This document shows, piece after piece, positions 31,287 to 45,479 of a DNA stretch of 64,000 bases; the stretch's first letter is position 1; each line of letters starts with the position of its first letter. The DNA comes from Pelomyxa schiedti (lineage: Eukaryota; Protista; Evosea). The stretch is from NCBI GenBank assembly GCA_020536535.1, contig JAHLWZ010000452.1:1-64000 (forward strand), read 5' to 3'. The notes under the pieces are model-generated. The model ran no database searches and had not been told where the DNA came from. It saw only the letters and a list, made by a program, of their open reading frames with translations. A program made the position numbers and the translations under genes.

Positions 31287-32107
31287 TTACTCAGAGTCCA
31301 CGTCAATGACGGTGTCACCATTGATATCCACTGGGGCAGAAACCAAAGATACAGGGGCCTTGTTGTGCTCAGAGGAAGCCGCTGCAGAAGGCACAATGAA
31401 GGCCAGGTGAGGGTTGCCCCATTTCTCAGCCAGCAGTGCCACACACACGGACCCAGGAACGTCCTCAGACCACAGCCGCCGGGTGACTTTTCGTGCTGCA
31501 GCGTGGGCGGCTGGGTGCCATCTTGAGCGGTACCACTGCACAAGTGCAAAGGCAGGAATGTCCAGCAGAATTACAGTAAGGAGAGTCAGCAGCACGACGC
31601 AGGTGGCAACAGTGCCAAAAATAAGCCAGCCGCGGTAGCCCTTGATCTTGGATGCCTTGTGCATGGCGTGATTAACTGTAGAAAGGAAAAGGAAAAGGAA
31701 AAGGGAGGAGGGTACAAGGAGTTAGTGGCTGTAACTTATAACAACAACATTGTCTAGCCAATTCCTACAGAGGCCTGTGCCTGGAGTTATGTGTATGTAC
31801 GTTTTGGGATGTAGTAAGTAGTAAAGTGCGTTGAGGTGCGACTAGGGAAGAATTATGGAGTGTAGTCGAGCACGCCTGTTCGTACGGATCGAGTGTACTG
31901 CTCCCAAGACAAAACGCCACGCAGTTTCGGCGGCAAGGCATCACCCGGCACCCACTCCCTAACAGGATCAAATACCGACGCCCGCTCCTCCACGAACACC
32001 ACGGAACACTTGCAATCAGGCGCGTCGGCCAGCGCGGGAATGTAGCTGCCACCGTCCACTATTTGAGCGGTGACATCGTCGTAGTGGCGGGTGTCGGCGT
32101 CCTCCAT
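31287..32107 (-). CDS. Small membrane protein, weakly ERF4/GOLGA7-like
   Basis: LPPKLRGVLSWEQYTRSVRT-INHA followed by a hydrophobic hairpin; two exons. Confidence 0.45.
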
Positions 32108-32219
32108 TGGGCACTTGTTGTTAAGGAGAAACTCGGGAAGAAAAAAGGTGTTACAAAGAAACGGGAGTCTTGTTTAGTGTGACTCGAGATTGTCGGGGGT
32201 TGGTAGAGTTGGTTGTTGC

Positions 32220-34655
32220 TTAGGGGTGCTGCTGTATTTTAGGAGAGATGTCACAAACTGTTGCTGCTGAGAGGGTGTTGGTGCTGGTGGGTTGCTGTGG
32301 TTCTAGAAAAGGAGGGATGTCGACCGCCTCTGCAGTTGACAGGGTGTTGGTGAATGGTGCTTCGAAGATGTGTATGGAGCCGCCGCACAGCACATACAAA
32401 ACGTTTTTGTGGGTGTCAATGTGGAAGTCAAGCATGTTGGTGAATTCTTCCTCCAGAAACTCGTTTGTCTTGAGTTTGGGGAGTTTAGTGACTTGAGAAG
32501 TTCGCATGTCACTGCCACTGGAAGCTGTGCTGACATTAGTTGACGTAGGTGTTCTGGCTCTTTTGTTGGCTGGTTGTTGTGCAACTCCTCCCTCGCTGGG
32601 TTCTTGCTGAACTGGCGGGGGTGGGGCAGCCGGGGAGTCAATTGGGGCACAGACGAGTTTGAATTTGGTGGGTTGCCTGACAGCATAAACCAAAACAGTT
32701 TGGTCTTCGCATTCGGGACGCCATATTCTGAGGTTCACAACCACCACCGTTGGTATCGATTGAGTCATCCACTGGTAGGAGGTGCCTGGAACTGTAAGGG
32801 AAACAAAGGTTATCATGGTGATCGCAATACCGTTGATCTCAAAATCAGGGAGACTAATCACAATGTCGAACCCGTAGAATCCATCCACCCCTCTAGGTAG
32901 CTTCCTGACCTGGGTGAAGTTCCACGTGGAGTTCTCTTGCCCTGTGTGGTCATGGTGTTGACATGGACATCAAACTGNNNNNNNNNNNNNNNNNNNNNNN
33001 NNNNNNNNNNNNNNNNNNNNNNNNNNNNNNNNNNNNNNNNNNNNNNNNNNNNNNNNNNNNNNNNNNNNNNNNNNNNNATCACAATGTCGAACCCGTAGAA
33101 TCCATCCACCCCTCTAGGTAGCTTCCTGACCTGGGTGAAGTTCCACGTGGAGTTCTCTTGCCCTGTGTGGTCATGGTGTTGACATGGACATCAAACTGAA
33201 AAAGTGGGTTCCACTCACATGTGGGTTTTATCACCCAAATTCCGTTCTTGGTTCCAACGTGAATCTCCGGCATGCTCCTTCCTACCTCGGGTGGTTTGAC
33301 GGTAATTGACATGGCTGGCCCCATTGTAGCGTTGAAATACACAAACACTTGCGCTGCTGAAAAGTCGATGAGTTGCACACAAGGCGTGTGGTTATCCACA
33401 ACAGCCAAAAGGTCACGCCAATGTGACATGCAAGTCGGGTGAACGAAAATAGCGTCATTCAGTGGAATGCAGGAACTGGAGGATATCTCCGCGGGAGGTG
33501 TAAGTGTGTTTCCTCTTCGTTCGGGAATTGTATGCAAAATGTTTTCTGAATTGATTTTTTTTTAAAAAAAAGGGTTGTGAAACCCAAGTAACTGACCTTT
33601 TTTGGAATATTTGAAGATCCGTCCCTCCTTCATATTTTTTTCTGTGATATACATATGAGAGATGTAGACATCACCAGTAGCGCTGTCCGCAGTGATTTTA
33701 GTGTGTTTGAGGGCGAGATCGAGGCTTCCTGGTTTGTCATTTAACACCCTCCCTTTGGAGATAAACATACTGCACGTTTTCGGGGGTTTGGATATTTTTG
33801 GTGGATGGCTTGCTTGATTACTGGTAAAAGAAAATAATCGCTCGTCGACAAGGGTTGAGTATTCGTCGACAAGGGCGAGATAGTCATTTAACAAACCGCG
33901 GACTGCATCTAAATCAAGGGGCTACATTCTTTATAAAACTTGTTTTGATTGTAGGAGGGCATACCTGCTTGTCAGATACAGTCGCACTAGTTCTTGTTGT
34001 TGCTCCTGAACTATCTCCATCAACAAGTGAAGCCTTAGTCCACCAAGCTGTTGTTGTTAATCCTGATAGAGGGGGAGGGGAGAAGGACTTGGGGTAGGAT
34101 CTGCTTCAAAGAAAATGCCAACAACCTTGATTAGTCAATGATTGTGAAAGTTACTCAAAGGATAAAAACCTCCAGGGTATTTTTCGCAGTGAAATGCTCC
34201 CCTGTTTTCAAAGCTGTCTTTGGTACACTTCCCACCTCAACTGTATGGCCACATTTGTGGGTCAGAAGAATTTCTACAATTTCCTTTGTTTTTAAAAAAA
34301 AAACAAAAAAAAAATCTAGTGTGAGATAGAGGAGAGGAACTCGTCCCAAAAAACCAACAACCTGACAGAAAACCTCAGCCAGTTGCTTTGGTCTTGGGTC
34401 CCTGGGCTTCCTCTTTATCCAAGAGCACAGATCCGACTTGTTGAGGTCGTAATCGCGGTTGTCGGCTTTTTGCAGCAACGCACAGTTGTTAAATTTCAAG
34501 CTGTACTTTGAAGAATAAATCGTCAGAGTGCCTCCCTTGGTTGCCGAAACCGCGCCCCCAGTTCTGCTAGTTGTCGAGGTCGCCCCCCGCGGCACAATAA
34601 ATGTCTGCGGTGGTATGTCTACATACTGCGAAGGCCACTCGCCCGCGGACACCAT
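32220..34655 (-). CDS. Hypothetical multi-exon protein interrupted by a gap
   Basis: Chain of long minus-strand ORFs with splice sites; no recognised domain. Confidence 0.55.
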
Positions 34656-35013
34656 GGGGCTTCGGATTGCAAATTTTGAACAGCACGAAAATATTGCCTA
34701 GACTCACCAAGTAGAGGCAAATTGTGTGTGGTTTTTGGATGGGGATATCTTGTAGGGTGAGGAGTGGGGGAGCGTTGCTGGGGTTGAAAGTCCAGCTGAA
34801 TTTTCCTTGTTGCGGAGAATGCTGCGGAATCCTATGGGTAGAATTCATCTTACAATTACTGGAAAAAGCAGTCGATCAACATCATCTTGGAAGAGGAGCA
34901 AGAAAAGGGAAGGAAAAACAAAACTTTTTGTTGAACAACCTCAACCTCATCAGCAATAAGACACAACACACCCAATAACACCGAACTCCCACCCCCCACC
35001 CCACATCCCCGAC

Positions 35014-38000
35014 ATGATCACGGCAGACACGCTGCGGTTCCAACACCTCAAACGGAACGCGGCGCCCACCCCACCACCCTCCCCCAGCACCACAACCGCC
35101 AAGGATGGCAAGAAACCCACAGCCCCCGCCGTAGGCAGCAGCAGCCAAACCGCCGCGCCCATCCCCGCCATGCCCCCCAAGCCCCAGCGGCCGGCTCCCT
35201 CAACAACAACAACAACCACAACAACAACCAGCACCACAACCTCTACACACACCACCGCATACACAGCCGAGCCGCGAGACACCGACATGGCACAGGCGTC
35301 TCCAGCCCATTCCCACACCCACCAACATCTCCCAGCCACCAATGGCTACGGCTACGGCGACGACGACGACGCCGACGTAGATGTAGGCGGGAGCAGCAGC
35401 GGCGGCGGCGGCGGGGCCACCCTACACGACCACAGGCACGGCCACATGGCGCACACCGGCCACGGCGGGCACATCGTCGCGCGCGGCGGCGCACCGGGAG
35501 GGCGGGACGAGGACGCGGACGTGACCGACTTTGAGAACCCGCACAGGCATCATGTTGGGACTGATGATTCGCCCGGGAATGTGATGGGCGGCGGCGGTGG
35601 TGGTGGTGGTGCGAATCATGGCAGGCACGGCCGCAGTGGCCCTTGCCCTGTTTGTGAGTCTGATTCGTCGCAAATTCTGATTGACATTCAACTTCCAATG
35701 CCAAAACCACCCTCAACTGCCACTACCACGACCAGTACTAGCACTAGCACTAGCACCCCAACTTCCTCGACCACCTCACATGCTGCTAATCACTCTGTCG
35801 AAATTCAAACTGGAAATAAGAGTATGAAAAAAACCACTCAACATGATGGCTACTCACTATCACCATTAGAAGAATCAACTTTCCAGGCATCTCGCATAGT
35901 TCAGTGGTTCCTCCACTGGATTTCAAGAGACAAAGATCTAACTGAAGGGTGGAAGCGGATAAATAAAGAAGTCAACTTACCTTATGTGGTATGCTGCTCT
36001 TTCCTTCAACACAAAAGTGTGGTTTATGAAGTGGGAACCCAAGTCAACTTAAGATTTACTCATTTTCAACAGTCACCAGAGAAAAAAAGTAGAGGCTTGT
36101 CTGGTCTTTTACGGGAATGGATCTGGATAAAGTCGAGTGCAAGTGTTGTCTTTGCGGGACCTCGGGGTGTTGGCAAGAGATTCCTTGTAAACACTTTACT
36201 GGAAACAACAGCACAGGATTTGCATAATAACACCCCTACCTCCAAGCCTGGGCTGCAGGATGTGTGTGCCCCCATATTTTATTCTATTCTAAGATCCTAA
36301 AAGAACCTGGCATCACTTGAAGCTACTCATAGCTTAGAATCTGAGTTTTGTTTGGTGTCGGACAACCCTTATGAAATGACTGTATGCAAAGTTTCTTCTT
36401 CTTATAGATGTGGTCAACATACTTTTGAAGGACTCTTCTACAACAACTTCAATGGACAGCAGTGAATTTGTTATAGACCAAATAGCTGCTGACACTTTTT
36501 TCAACAATTATAATTGGGAGGGAGAGCAGTCTTCCTCTGGTGAAACTGCACAATATTGCATAAGTGGACGTGTATCAGTAGATGACATACGACCATATTT
36601 ATTGCCCCAGAGAATTGAATGTAGGATTGGGCAATACCTCTATCACCTAACAAATTGGATTGATTAGTTCCTCATATTACTGTAATGAAGTATGGACGTA
36701 TACCTGAAGCAGTAATCACTTTTTTATCCCCTGAAGACCTGGCTGCATCTCTTTGGGAGTTGTGCCTGGTACATTGTTTGGTCAAGTACCACCCACCTCT
36801 GATTTCACAACAGGAAGCCCATGGTCTGAAGACTCTGGATGCTGACTACAAACAATTTCTACAGTGGAGATTCACAATGATCACTGGAAAGCTTCCAACT
36901 CCAACTCGGCTTCTCTCAATACCGTCTCAACAATTCTTCGTAAACTCTCTCCGACCAGAGATTGCACATTTACTTGGTAAGAAAGCTAGATACAGGTACG
37001 ATTCTCGCATATTAAGCATCACATTACTCATTTAAGAGTAGAGGAAATGGTGCTTCTCTTCCTAAGGATAGAATTTACGTCAGGGAAATGATAAAGCAAG
37101 CTTTTGGGATATGGCCATTTTTCATTGAATCACTTTCAATTAAGTTTCCTTGTGGCCTACTGGACGGAAATCGAGAAGTAGTAATAACTGGTATTCCTCC
37201 TTTTTTCTTGTATATATTGAATGGGGATGCTCAGATTGCGAAATTTGGGAGCCACTCATAACAGCACGTTGTCTCAACGCAATGCACGGAGCAAACTTAC
37301 TCATACTCTCAGTTGACGGCAAAGGCATTACGCAGGACTTTGCAACTATGATCAAGTCTGCCTATTACCTACAAAAAGTCATTATTGCACCTCAGAATCA
37401 TAGGCAATTTATCAATATTTCTTTTTCCTCCTGATGAATTATAGAGTTGCTACCATTGAACTCAATGACCCAAGGCCTCTTGACAGTATGGCTGAGTGGG
37501 GTACTGGACCAGCAAAAGACGATCCTGTAACTCAGCTGTTTTCTCAAAGTGTGCATGAATCCTGTGAGCTGCATAAATTAGCTTTGAGATTGCAGTTACA
37601 GCATCTCTTTGAAGCAACACCCCTGCCACCTCCAATGGACTATAAAATAGCTTCCCCACTCATTGAGCAGGCTCTTGCTAGTATTACTATGATACCAGTG
37701 TGGCCTCTTCTGTACAAATCAGTCTGTCTCCAGCCACTTCTTCAGCGTGCCGCGGAAGTTCGGTCGAAGACTGGTGTCACTACACTTGCTTGTTACATCC
37801 AAAATGCTATTCTGTCGCAGTGTTCACATGATATTCGGGAATTTGGGCACAGCTGGATGTTGAGATTCAACTCGACTTTACAAAGGTTAGTCTATCTAAA
37901 TTATCACTATGGGTTGACGTTGATTTAGCAAGGCATCGCCTTTAGTCAATAAGCTACAATACAAAGATTGGGAAAAAAGACTAAAGCTAGAAATGGAAAT

Positions 38001-41000
38001 TCAGGCTCGGGCCGAGCAAGAGCTTACTTCATCAGCACCAAGTAACACAGCAGCAGCGCCTGGGAGCCCCCCTCCTGGGAAAGTGGATTCTAAGCATAGT
38101 TCTATACCGAGTGACGCAAGTGATCCAGAAAAACTTATGACTGCTTTTCAACAAGTTCTACACATTTCCTCCCAGGTGAGTTAATGCTATATTGCTCATC
38201 TTTCTTATAGATCATCAGGATAGAACTATAACAACATTCGCCTTCATGCAACCAGACCAACTGCTTTCCTCCTTTGAGTATCTTTCATTACTACTCTTTC
38301 TTCCCTTATATTTAAAATAGAGAAAAAATTTCCCAGTGGAAGAGAGACCTCAAGGAGTACTTTAGCACTCCTCAATTTCAGTATCTGCTTCAATCATCGG
38401 CTCAACAATGTACGGCTAAGGCGGAAGCTAGTTGGCCTCAATTTCGGGATAAATACCTCCGAACTAAGGAGGCCTGCCAAGCTCTCATTGCTCTGGAATT
38501 CAAAGGAGAACCTGTTGGCATAGAAGTAACAAGACTTTTCTTTGAGAACTTGTTACACTTTACCCATGAAGTTTGGCAAACCTATATCACTTATACACTG
38601 CCCAACAAAGAGCAGGTAACTTAATTATCTGTCCTTCCTGTATTAACTTTGAAAAGGATATCTTGAAGTTAACTGGGCATGCACTTGCACAGTGTGAGTA
38701 CATCATTGAGCACGCACATATATCGCCAATGGAACATTATCAGTTCAAGCAGTTTCTCTTGTAAGCTCCAACTTCGCATACTTGCAGCGCTCCTTGCATC
38801 ACCTCCATTACATTTTACTCCAATTCCTTATTTACATTCAAGACAATGCCAAGAAGTTTGCCTTTGCACTATTAACACACGCATGGGGCATATCCGAAAA
38901 CTTATCTCTATGCCAATCATGTCCGAATCTCTTGTTAAATCCTGTCAAGAACAGTTAACATTTCTCTTCAAGCAACTGGTCCCAGTTTCTTCAGTACGTT
39001 CCTCTCTCTTGGTAAATGCCACCACTAACGTTTGAAACAGAATCCACAGTACTTCCAAGAAGTAATGAAGTCTTCATTTGAGGCAACCAGCTCTAATGCA
39101 GCCAAAGCAGTCCATGCTACTTTTCTTAAAACGATTGCACTTGTTGACGTGCATTTACATTCGACTGAGAAACAGTTAATACATGTGGTATGAACTCTTT
39201 TGTCCCTCCCTCGTTTACTGTGGTGCAGTTGAGGTGTTTGATAAGCAGCCCCGTGCTCAACCAAACCAATAAATCAAATGCGAATAGCAATCGCACACAA
39301 TTAAATACCCAACATTGCAACCCTACAGCACCTGCCACAACCTCGGATGCCATCACCCTTGCCTCTGGAGGGCTAAGCATTTCTGATTCAGAGCAACACA
39401 ACTACACCAAAGACCTCCTCAATAATAAAATTCCACTTAAGATGAACCAAAATCAAGTACAACAGTTCATACAACAACTAGCAAACAGAGGGTATAAACT
39501 TAAACTTACAATCAACCTCTTTACTCTTCCTAGATTACAAATATATGGAGTAACACCGGATAGCAACTCTCAATTCAGAGCGTTTGCTCAACATGTTTAT
39601 CACACAGAAGAGGCTCATGCGATTGTTCGGTATCTAAAAATAACCTCATTACACCCACAAACTCGCGGTAATAGGTTACTGGTGTTAGCAGAGGTTTTAT
39701 CTAATGAGGAAAAGTATCTTGACCTTATCAAGTCCTCTGATTTCCAAGTACTTTATTTTCACCCTGAAATGTTTGTCTTACATAAACAGATATATGTCAA
39801 CTCACTAACACGTGACGGTGTACCAGGGGATCATGTCACCTTAGCAGCTTTTGCAAATTTTGTTTGCAAAGACCTCTTTTTATATGTTCCTGTTTTGCCA
39901 CAACCAGTACGTATACCAGCACAAAGGGTTGCTGGTAGAGGTGGGCCTGCACTTCATCTTGCTTTACTTCCTGGTAACATCTATCAACCCTTGTTGTGGG
40001 AGGTCAGTGAGTTTCTTCCCTGCGAATTTATCCATCTTACAAGCTTCAACAGGATTCAGAAAATGGAGATAACAAGCAAAAAAAACGTTTCATGAGAGAG
40101 AGAAACGAATCGATACATGGAGGTGGGGGCCCAGTAAAGATTCCGTCCCTCAAGGACTTGTGTGTATCTGCTTGCGCACAAAACATCTGTGCCATGCCAC
40201 ATCTTAATCCTGGGATGATCCCTGAAGAGATTATCCAAGCGGTACTGCAACACAAATGAATATAGTGCAGCATAAATATTTATTCCATTTGAAAAACTAT
40301 CATCATCTGATAATAAGCAAGATTCTATCGTCTGTTATCCAATTCTTCGACATTGAGATGGATTTCGATGTTGTTCTGCACAAGTTATTGAATCCATATA
40401 TATTTGTACTCGATTTGAGTACGTGCACGCATATAAGCAACTACAGCATGCTAGAAATATCAAAAGCCTGTCCCCGATTACAGAGACTAAACCTTTCCAA
40501 CTGTCACAAAGTCACTACAGAGGTAATGGCTTTATGCAATGAACTTAGGAGTGTTGATTTTTTTGCAGGGTTTGTGTGACATAGTGAGTGCATGTTCAGA
40601 CCTTTGCGAACTTAACATACAAGGATGCCAGCTTGTTGCTGATCAAGCTATACTAACATTGTGCACGTGCTGCACAAGCTGTACATCATTAAACATAAAT
40701 GGCTGCAGCAAAATTTCTTCAGGAGTTTTTCCTGTAAGACTCAATTATCATGAATAATCTAAATTATTCTTCCAGTCTCTCAGTGGGCTCCCTCTCCAAA
40801 AACTCGAAGCTGCTGACCTTTCACAATTGGCTATGGTTCCTCAATTAACTACCTTGTCCTCCCTTGACTTGAGTAATTGCCCAAATGTGACAGACTCATC
40901 TCTTTCTTTCGTGTGTTATTCATTAGTCTTAGTATATTTCTCACAAACTGTAGCTGGAAAAGTGTACTGGCTTGATTTCTTTAAAGTTGCAAAACAACAA

Positions 41001-42753
41001 ATTATTGACGGACCAGACTTGTGCCAAAATACTCGCAAGTTGTACAGCACTGCAAGTACACAAGCCGTCAAAATAAGTGATACCTTAAATAAATACCAGA
41101 TTTTGGACTTGAGTGGCTGTGACCATATCCACAATCTCACGACTAAGTCTTTATTGAATTGTACTCGATTGAGTGTACTTTCTCTGTCGAACTGCAACGT
41201 TGAAACGGAAGGTTTTTCTGTACTGATGCAGTTGCCACCTTCCCAGCAAACACCTGCCGTTTCTATGCCTCCACCTTCTTCTGTACAGTCGCCAGTCGGC
41301 TCCCCTATTTGTTCACCACCGTCTTCACCCTTAGTAGCACGTAGTATAACAACCCACAAGCCCCCACATAAATTCGACTGCATGACATCCCTGGACGTCT
41401 CAGGTTTTTTTTTTTTTTGTACCAATTTTTCTCTGGGTATACTGACCAGCCTAGGGTGCACTAAAATAAGCTCTGCTGTTCTTGAAGCACTAGCTGAAAG
41501 TTGTGGTTTTCTGGAAAATTTAAATATCTCGTCCTGCTCAGCGACAACTGACCAGGTACTCACTCCCAATCGATATAACTCTTCACATATATTTTTTTCC
41601 CCAGTCTATCATTTCTGCAGCTCGTCTGATGCCTTTAACTCACATTTCCGTTGGGCGTTGCAACGTGAGCGACTCGGCGTTAGTGGAACTTATGAGAGAG
41701 TGTTCTTGTGATCTTCAGGAATTCATTGCACCTGGCTGTCAAGGTATAGCTGATTCTGTTCTGGGAGCAATAGCCAGTTCATGCCCAAATCTCAAGTAGC
41801 CCTGACATACCATGTATAAACCTAATCACTCCACAGAACTCTTGACCTGAGTCAGTGCGATTGTATAACTGAAACAGCACTGTGTGAAATTTTCACGCAC
41901 TGCAAGAATCTCACTTCCGTCACTCTAGAGGAGTGTACCAATGCCGTAAATGACAATACTGTCTTGGTAAGCTTTTCAATCTTAATGGTTCTCCTTAGAA
42001 GAACTACAGGTAATCTCTGAGCACTGTCACAAGCTTGCAAACCTCTCAATCGGTTATTGCACCTCTCTCACCGATAAGGCACTGTCCCATTTGTGTAACT
42101 TACAATCCCATATACCGGCAACATTGGAGCACCTCGACGTTTCCCATTGTCGCAACTTGTCTCCCTTGGTATTATGTGGATGCTTACAGCATTTGGGCCA
42201 CCTTCGTTCGTTTTCTGCAAGGGGCTCACGCATTTCGACCGAGTCTATTGTGATGCCAATTCTACCTTCTGACTCCGCCGAGCACAACAACAATAAGCAG
42301 GCCACCTTCGTCAATCCTGCACCCCCCACAACAAGCACCCCAACCATATTCCACAGCGTTCCAGCAACGGCAACTACCGCTTCCCCGGACCTCATCCCTA
42401 ACTTCGCATCCAGCACTGCAAAACGGACTCAATCACACAGCAGAGGGTGGCTACAGCTGCGTTCTATAAATCTCTCCTGGTCACGAAACCTACGTGACGA
42501 AGCGGTGGCCGCTGTTGCTGCATGGTGCCCCCTTCTTGAATCCTGTGACTTGAGCCGCTGCCCCTACATAACTGATGTGTCTATACAGCAATTGCACAGT
42601 GCATGCCCATGCCTCAAGAGGTGAAATTACATTCCACTTTTATTCCCCTCTTCCTACTTATGATGAAACAGGCTTAATATTACCGCGTGCAAAAACATAA
42701 GCTCACAAGTAGTGCGGACCCTAACTTACGCCGGTGTATCAATTTTGAGATAG
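35014..42753 (+). CDS. Very large multidomain protein: P-loop-like region, pseudo-OTU, BC-box-like motif, FBXL/AMN1-type LRRs (could be two genes)
   Basis: VVFAGPRGVGKRFLVNTLL; VTPDSNSQFRAFAQHVY..GDHVTLAAFA; IPSLKDLCVSAC; many LxLSxCxxITD repeats. Confidence 0.65.
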
Positions 42754-42998
42754 TCTTCCCAATCCACAAGAATACAGCTGGATTGAGGGATGTTGTGTGT
42801 AATTGTATGTACCTTATTTTCACAACTACCCATCGATCTCACATAACCCAGGTTGTTTGTATAAATTCTTTGTATGTATTAAAATGAACACAACGCTTTT
42901 AGCTCACGAGAATTGTTACAACACAAGATTTAGCCATTGGGCATTTTTTCCCCTCTTCCCTTCTTCTTTCGGCGTTACGCAAAGCACCTTTGATCATC

Positions 42999-45417
42999 AT
43001 GGAACACACAGGAGGAGGGAGCGTGGTGGCGACAGGATCGAACGACAGCGGGGGTGATGTGCCAATGGAGGCGATGCGCGAGTCGGGAGACAAGTTGATC
43101 GCTACGGAGACGGAGCCGCCGCGACCGCCGCCGATAAAAACTTATCGGTCTATCTTCGCTTGGGCTATTCTATTAAATGCTAGCATTGGTTCGTGAGATT
43201 GGNNNNNNNNNNNNNNNNNNNNNNNNNNNNNNNNNNNNNNNNNNNNNNNNNNNNNNNNNNNNNNNNNNNNNNNNNNNNNNNNNNNNNNNNNNNNNNNNNN
43301 NNGTCGGGAGACAAGTTGATCGCTACGGAGACGGAGCCGCCGCGACCGCCGCCGATAAAAACTTATCGGTCTATCTTCGCTTGGGCTATTCTATTAAATG
43401 CTAGCATTGGTTCGTGAGATTGGTTGTTTTATTGATGATTGAGGCCTGGCTGTTTCTTTTTTCTTTTGCTTTTCTTCTTCTCATACTGAAAACAATAGGT
43501 ACCGGCTCCCTGGGGCTCCCTAATGCATTTTTCACAGGCGTATGCTAACCGTGACCATTCCCTCTTTTCTACTCACTCAATTGTCTATTTTCGCTTCTCG
43601 TCTAATTTTTTTTCCTTACAAGGGAATTTTGTTGGCTTTACTGCTGTTTGGAGTTAGTGTTACACTTATGATAGTAACGGCAGTCTACGTCTTGGAAATA
43701 ATGGGACGTTGTAGTGGTGCTTTGCGGGCCAGGGTTGTCTGTGATAATCAACCTTTTGATAACCTTGGGGATGTGCAAGGAAATTTAATTGGGTAAACTA
43801 CAACGATTGATAGCTCTCTGGGCTAACTTTAAGCAGTTACGATAAGATCGATTACACTCGTTTCTCCTATCTTATTGGAGGAAAGTGGGGGAAAATATTC
43901 ACACTTGTCTTTGTATGTATCTATGTGTATGGGCTTCTGTGGGCTTATGTTTCCACCTTGTAAGTTTTCTCCCACTATTGCACAATGGCAAAAATCAATA
44001 ATTAAATGTAGTGGTGCAACTCTCGCCATGCTGATTTATCAGATATTTGTGAGGTCAGAGATATGTGATGTATTATCATCCCCTCCAAAAATGGATTATC
44101 GTCATCTTAACTGTAATTTCAAGTTAAAAATCAAAGAAACTGAAACTAAGCAACCCAAAAAGGTCTCCAGTGATATTGTATCTGCTCGTTGTCAATTGAC
44201 GTATTATATGTGCATCGTGGGAATGGCTTTGCTCTGTGTGCCACTGGCCCTGTTGGATCTTTCTTCACAGTGGCTCTGGCAATTCTGTCTCTCTGTGTAA
44301 GTGGAGAGAGGTAGTGAATTTACTAAAGCATTTTTAGGGCGAGATTTTTGTCCTTCGGCCTCATGTCTGTATGCATCCTAGTAAAAAAGGTCAAATATTG
44401 AACTAGTTAAGATAACATGCGCAATTTTCTTGGGTTTGCAAGGACCTCTCACTGATGAACCTGTTTGGACATTCAAATGGCAGGGATTTGCACTTTGCTT
44501 TGCATCGATAATAATATCTCAAAGCATGCATTCCAAGTACGGTTTTTTTTTTTTTTTCCCACCACAGTGGCAATTGATTGTTCCAGTATAGCAGGAGCTT
44601 GTGCACCCGTACGCGACAAATCTAAGTTGCACTGGGTGATGTTATTCATAGAAACCAGTGCTTGTTTCCTAAATGTGATGTTGGGCATGATATGCGCCAC
44701 CACTTTTCGAGGACAAACTAAAGAATTGGTTGTTCTGAACTGGTCAAACTACACAGGCCGAGATGGGGGATGGGGTGAAGGAAGCACACTGTGGTGGGCG
44801 TACATTATACAGGTTTGTATTTCCTTGAATCCGACAATTTGCCTACAAACATGCAGTTTGTGATTTTGCTTTCCCCTGTACTCATCACTTTGTCAAATTA
44901 CCCTCTGCTTTGTATCACGCTTGGCAACAATATACTTTACTTTGTCCCTGAGAAGTTGTCATCCCGGATTGGCCAGCGTCTAACCAGAGCTCTCTGCCTT
45001 TGCACAGCTTCGGTTCCTCCAATAATTTGCTCTGCAGCACTGGGAGATCTAGAGGGTATGTTGGCACTCAGCAACTAATCAATTTAACAACACACGTTTC
45101 TAGTGATATTTACTTTTACCGGAACTTTCGGTAAGTAAAAGTGATGCTTCCACTCATTACTCATTGAAAACACAGGGTTTTTCCTGGTTTTTTTTGTGCC
45201 CTGCATCTTCCAGCTACTATCTCAAAGATTTATGAGAAGACACAGTCTCACAGAGCGTACTATTTACTCGGGTATTCTTCCCATTTAACCACACTCCCTT
45301 AACACAAATTCCCTAGGCTGGTACAGCCACAAAATAGTGGTTGTTATCACTCTAATTACCGGCGTAATATCTTTCCTGTTTGTACTGGCAAGTGCAATAA
45401 CAGAGCTTTGTATTTAG
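42999..45417 (+). CDS. Amino-acid transporter family protein, TMEM104-like
   Basis: LLNASIG-TGSLGLPNAF, TAVYVLEIMGR, LNWSNY, YPLLCITLGNN; many TM segments. Confidence 0.8.
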
Positions 45418-45479
45418 CTTCTTTTTCTTCAAAAATTCCAAAACTACAACAAGCACAAAATCTGGAGCCCTACAACACA

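Noticed and set aside
32868-33198. ~110-bp direct repeat
   Set aside because: Identical sequence on both sides of a 100-N gap: unmerged contig overlap
43082-43422. ~120-bp direct repeat
   Set aside because: Same gap-overlap artefact
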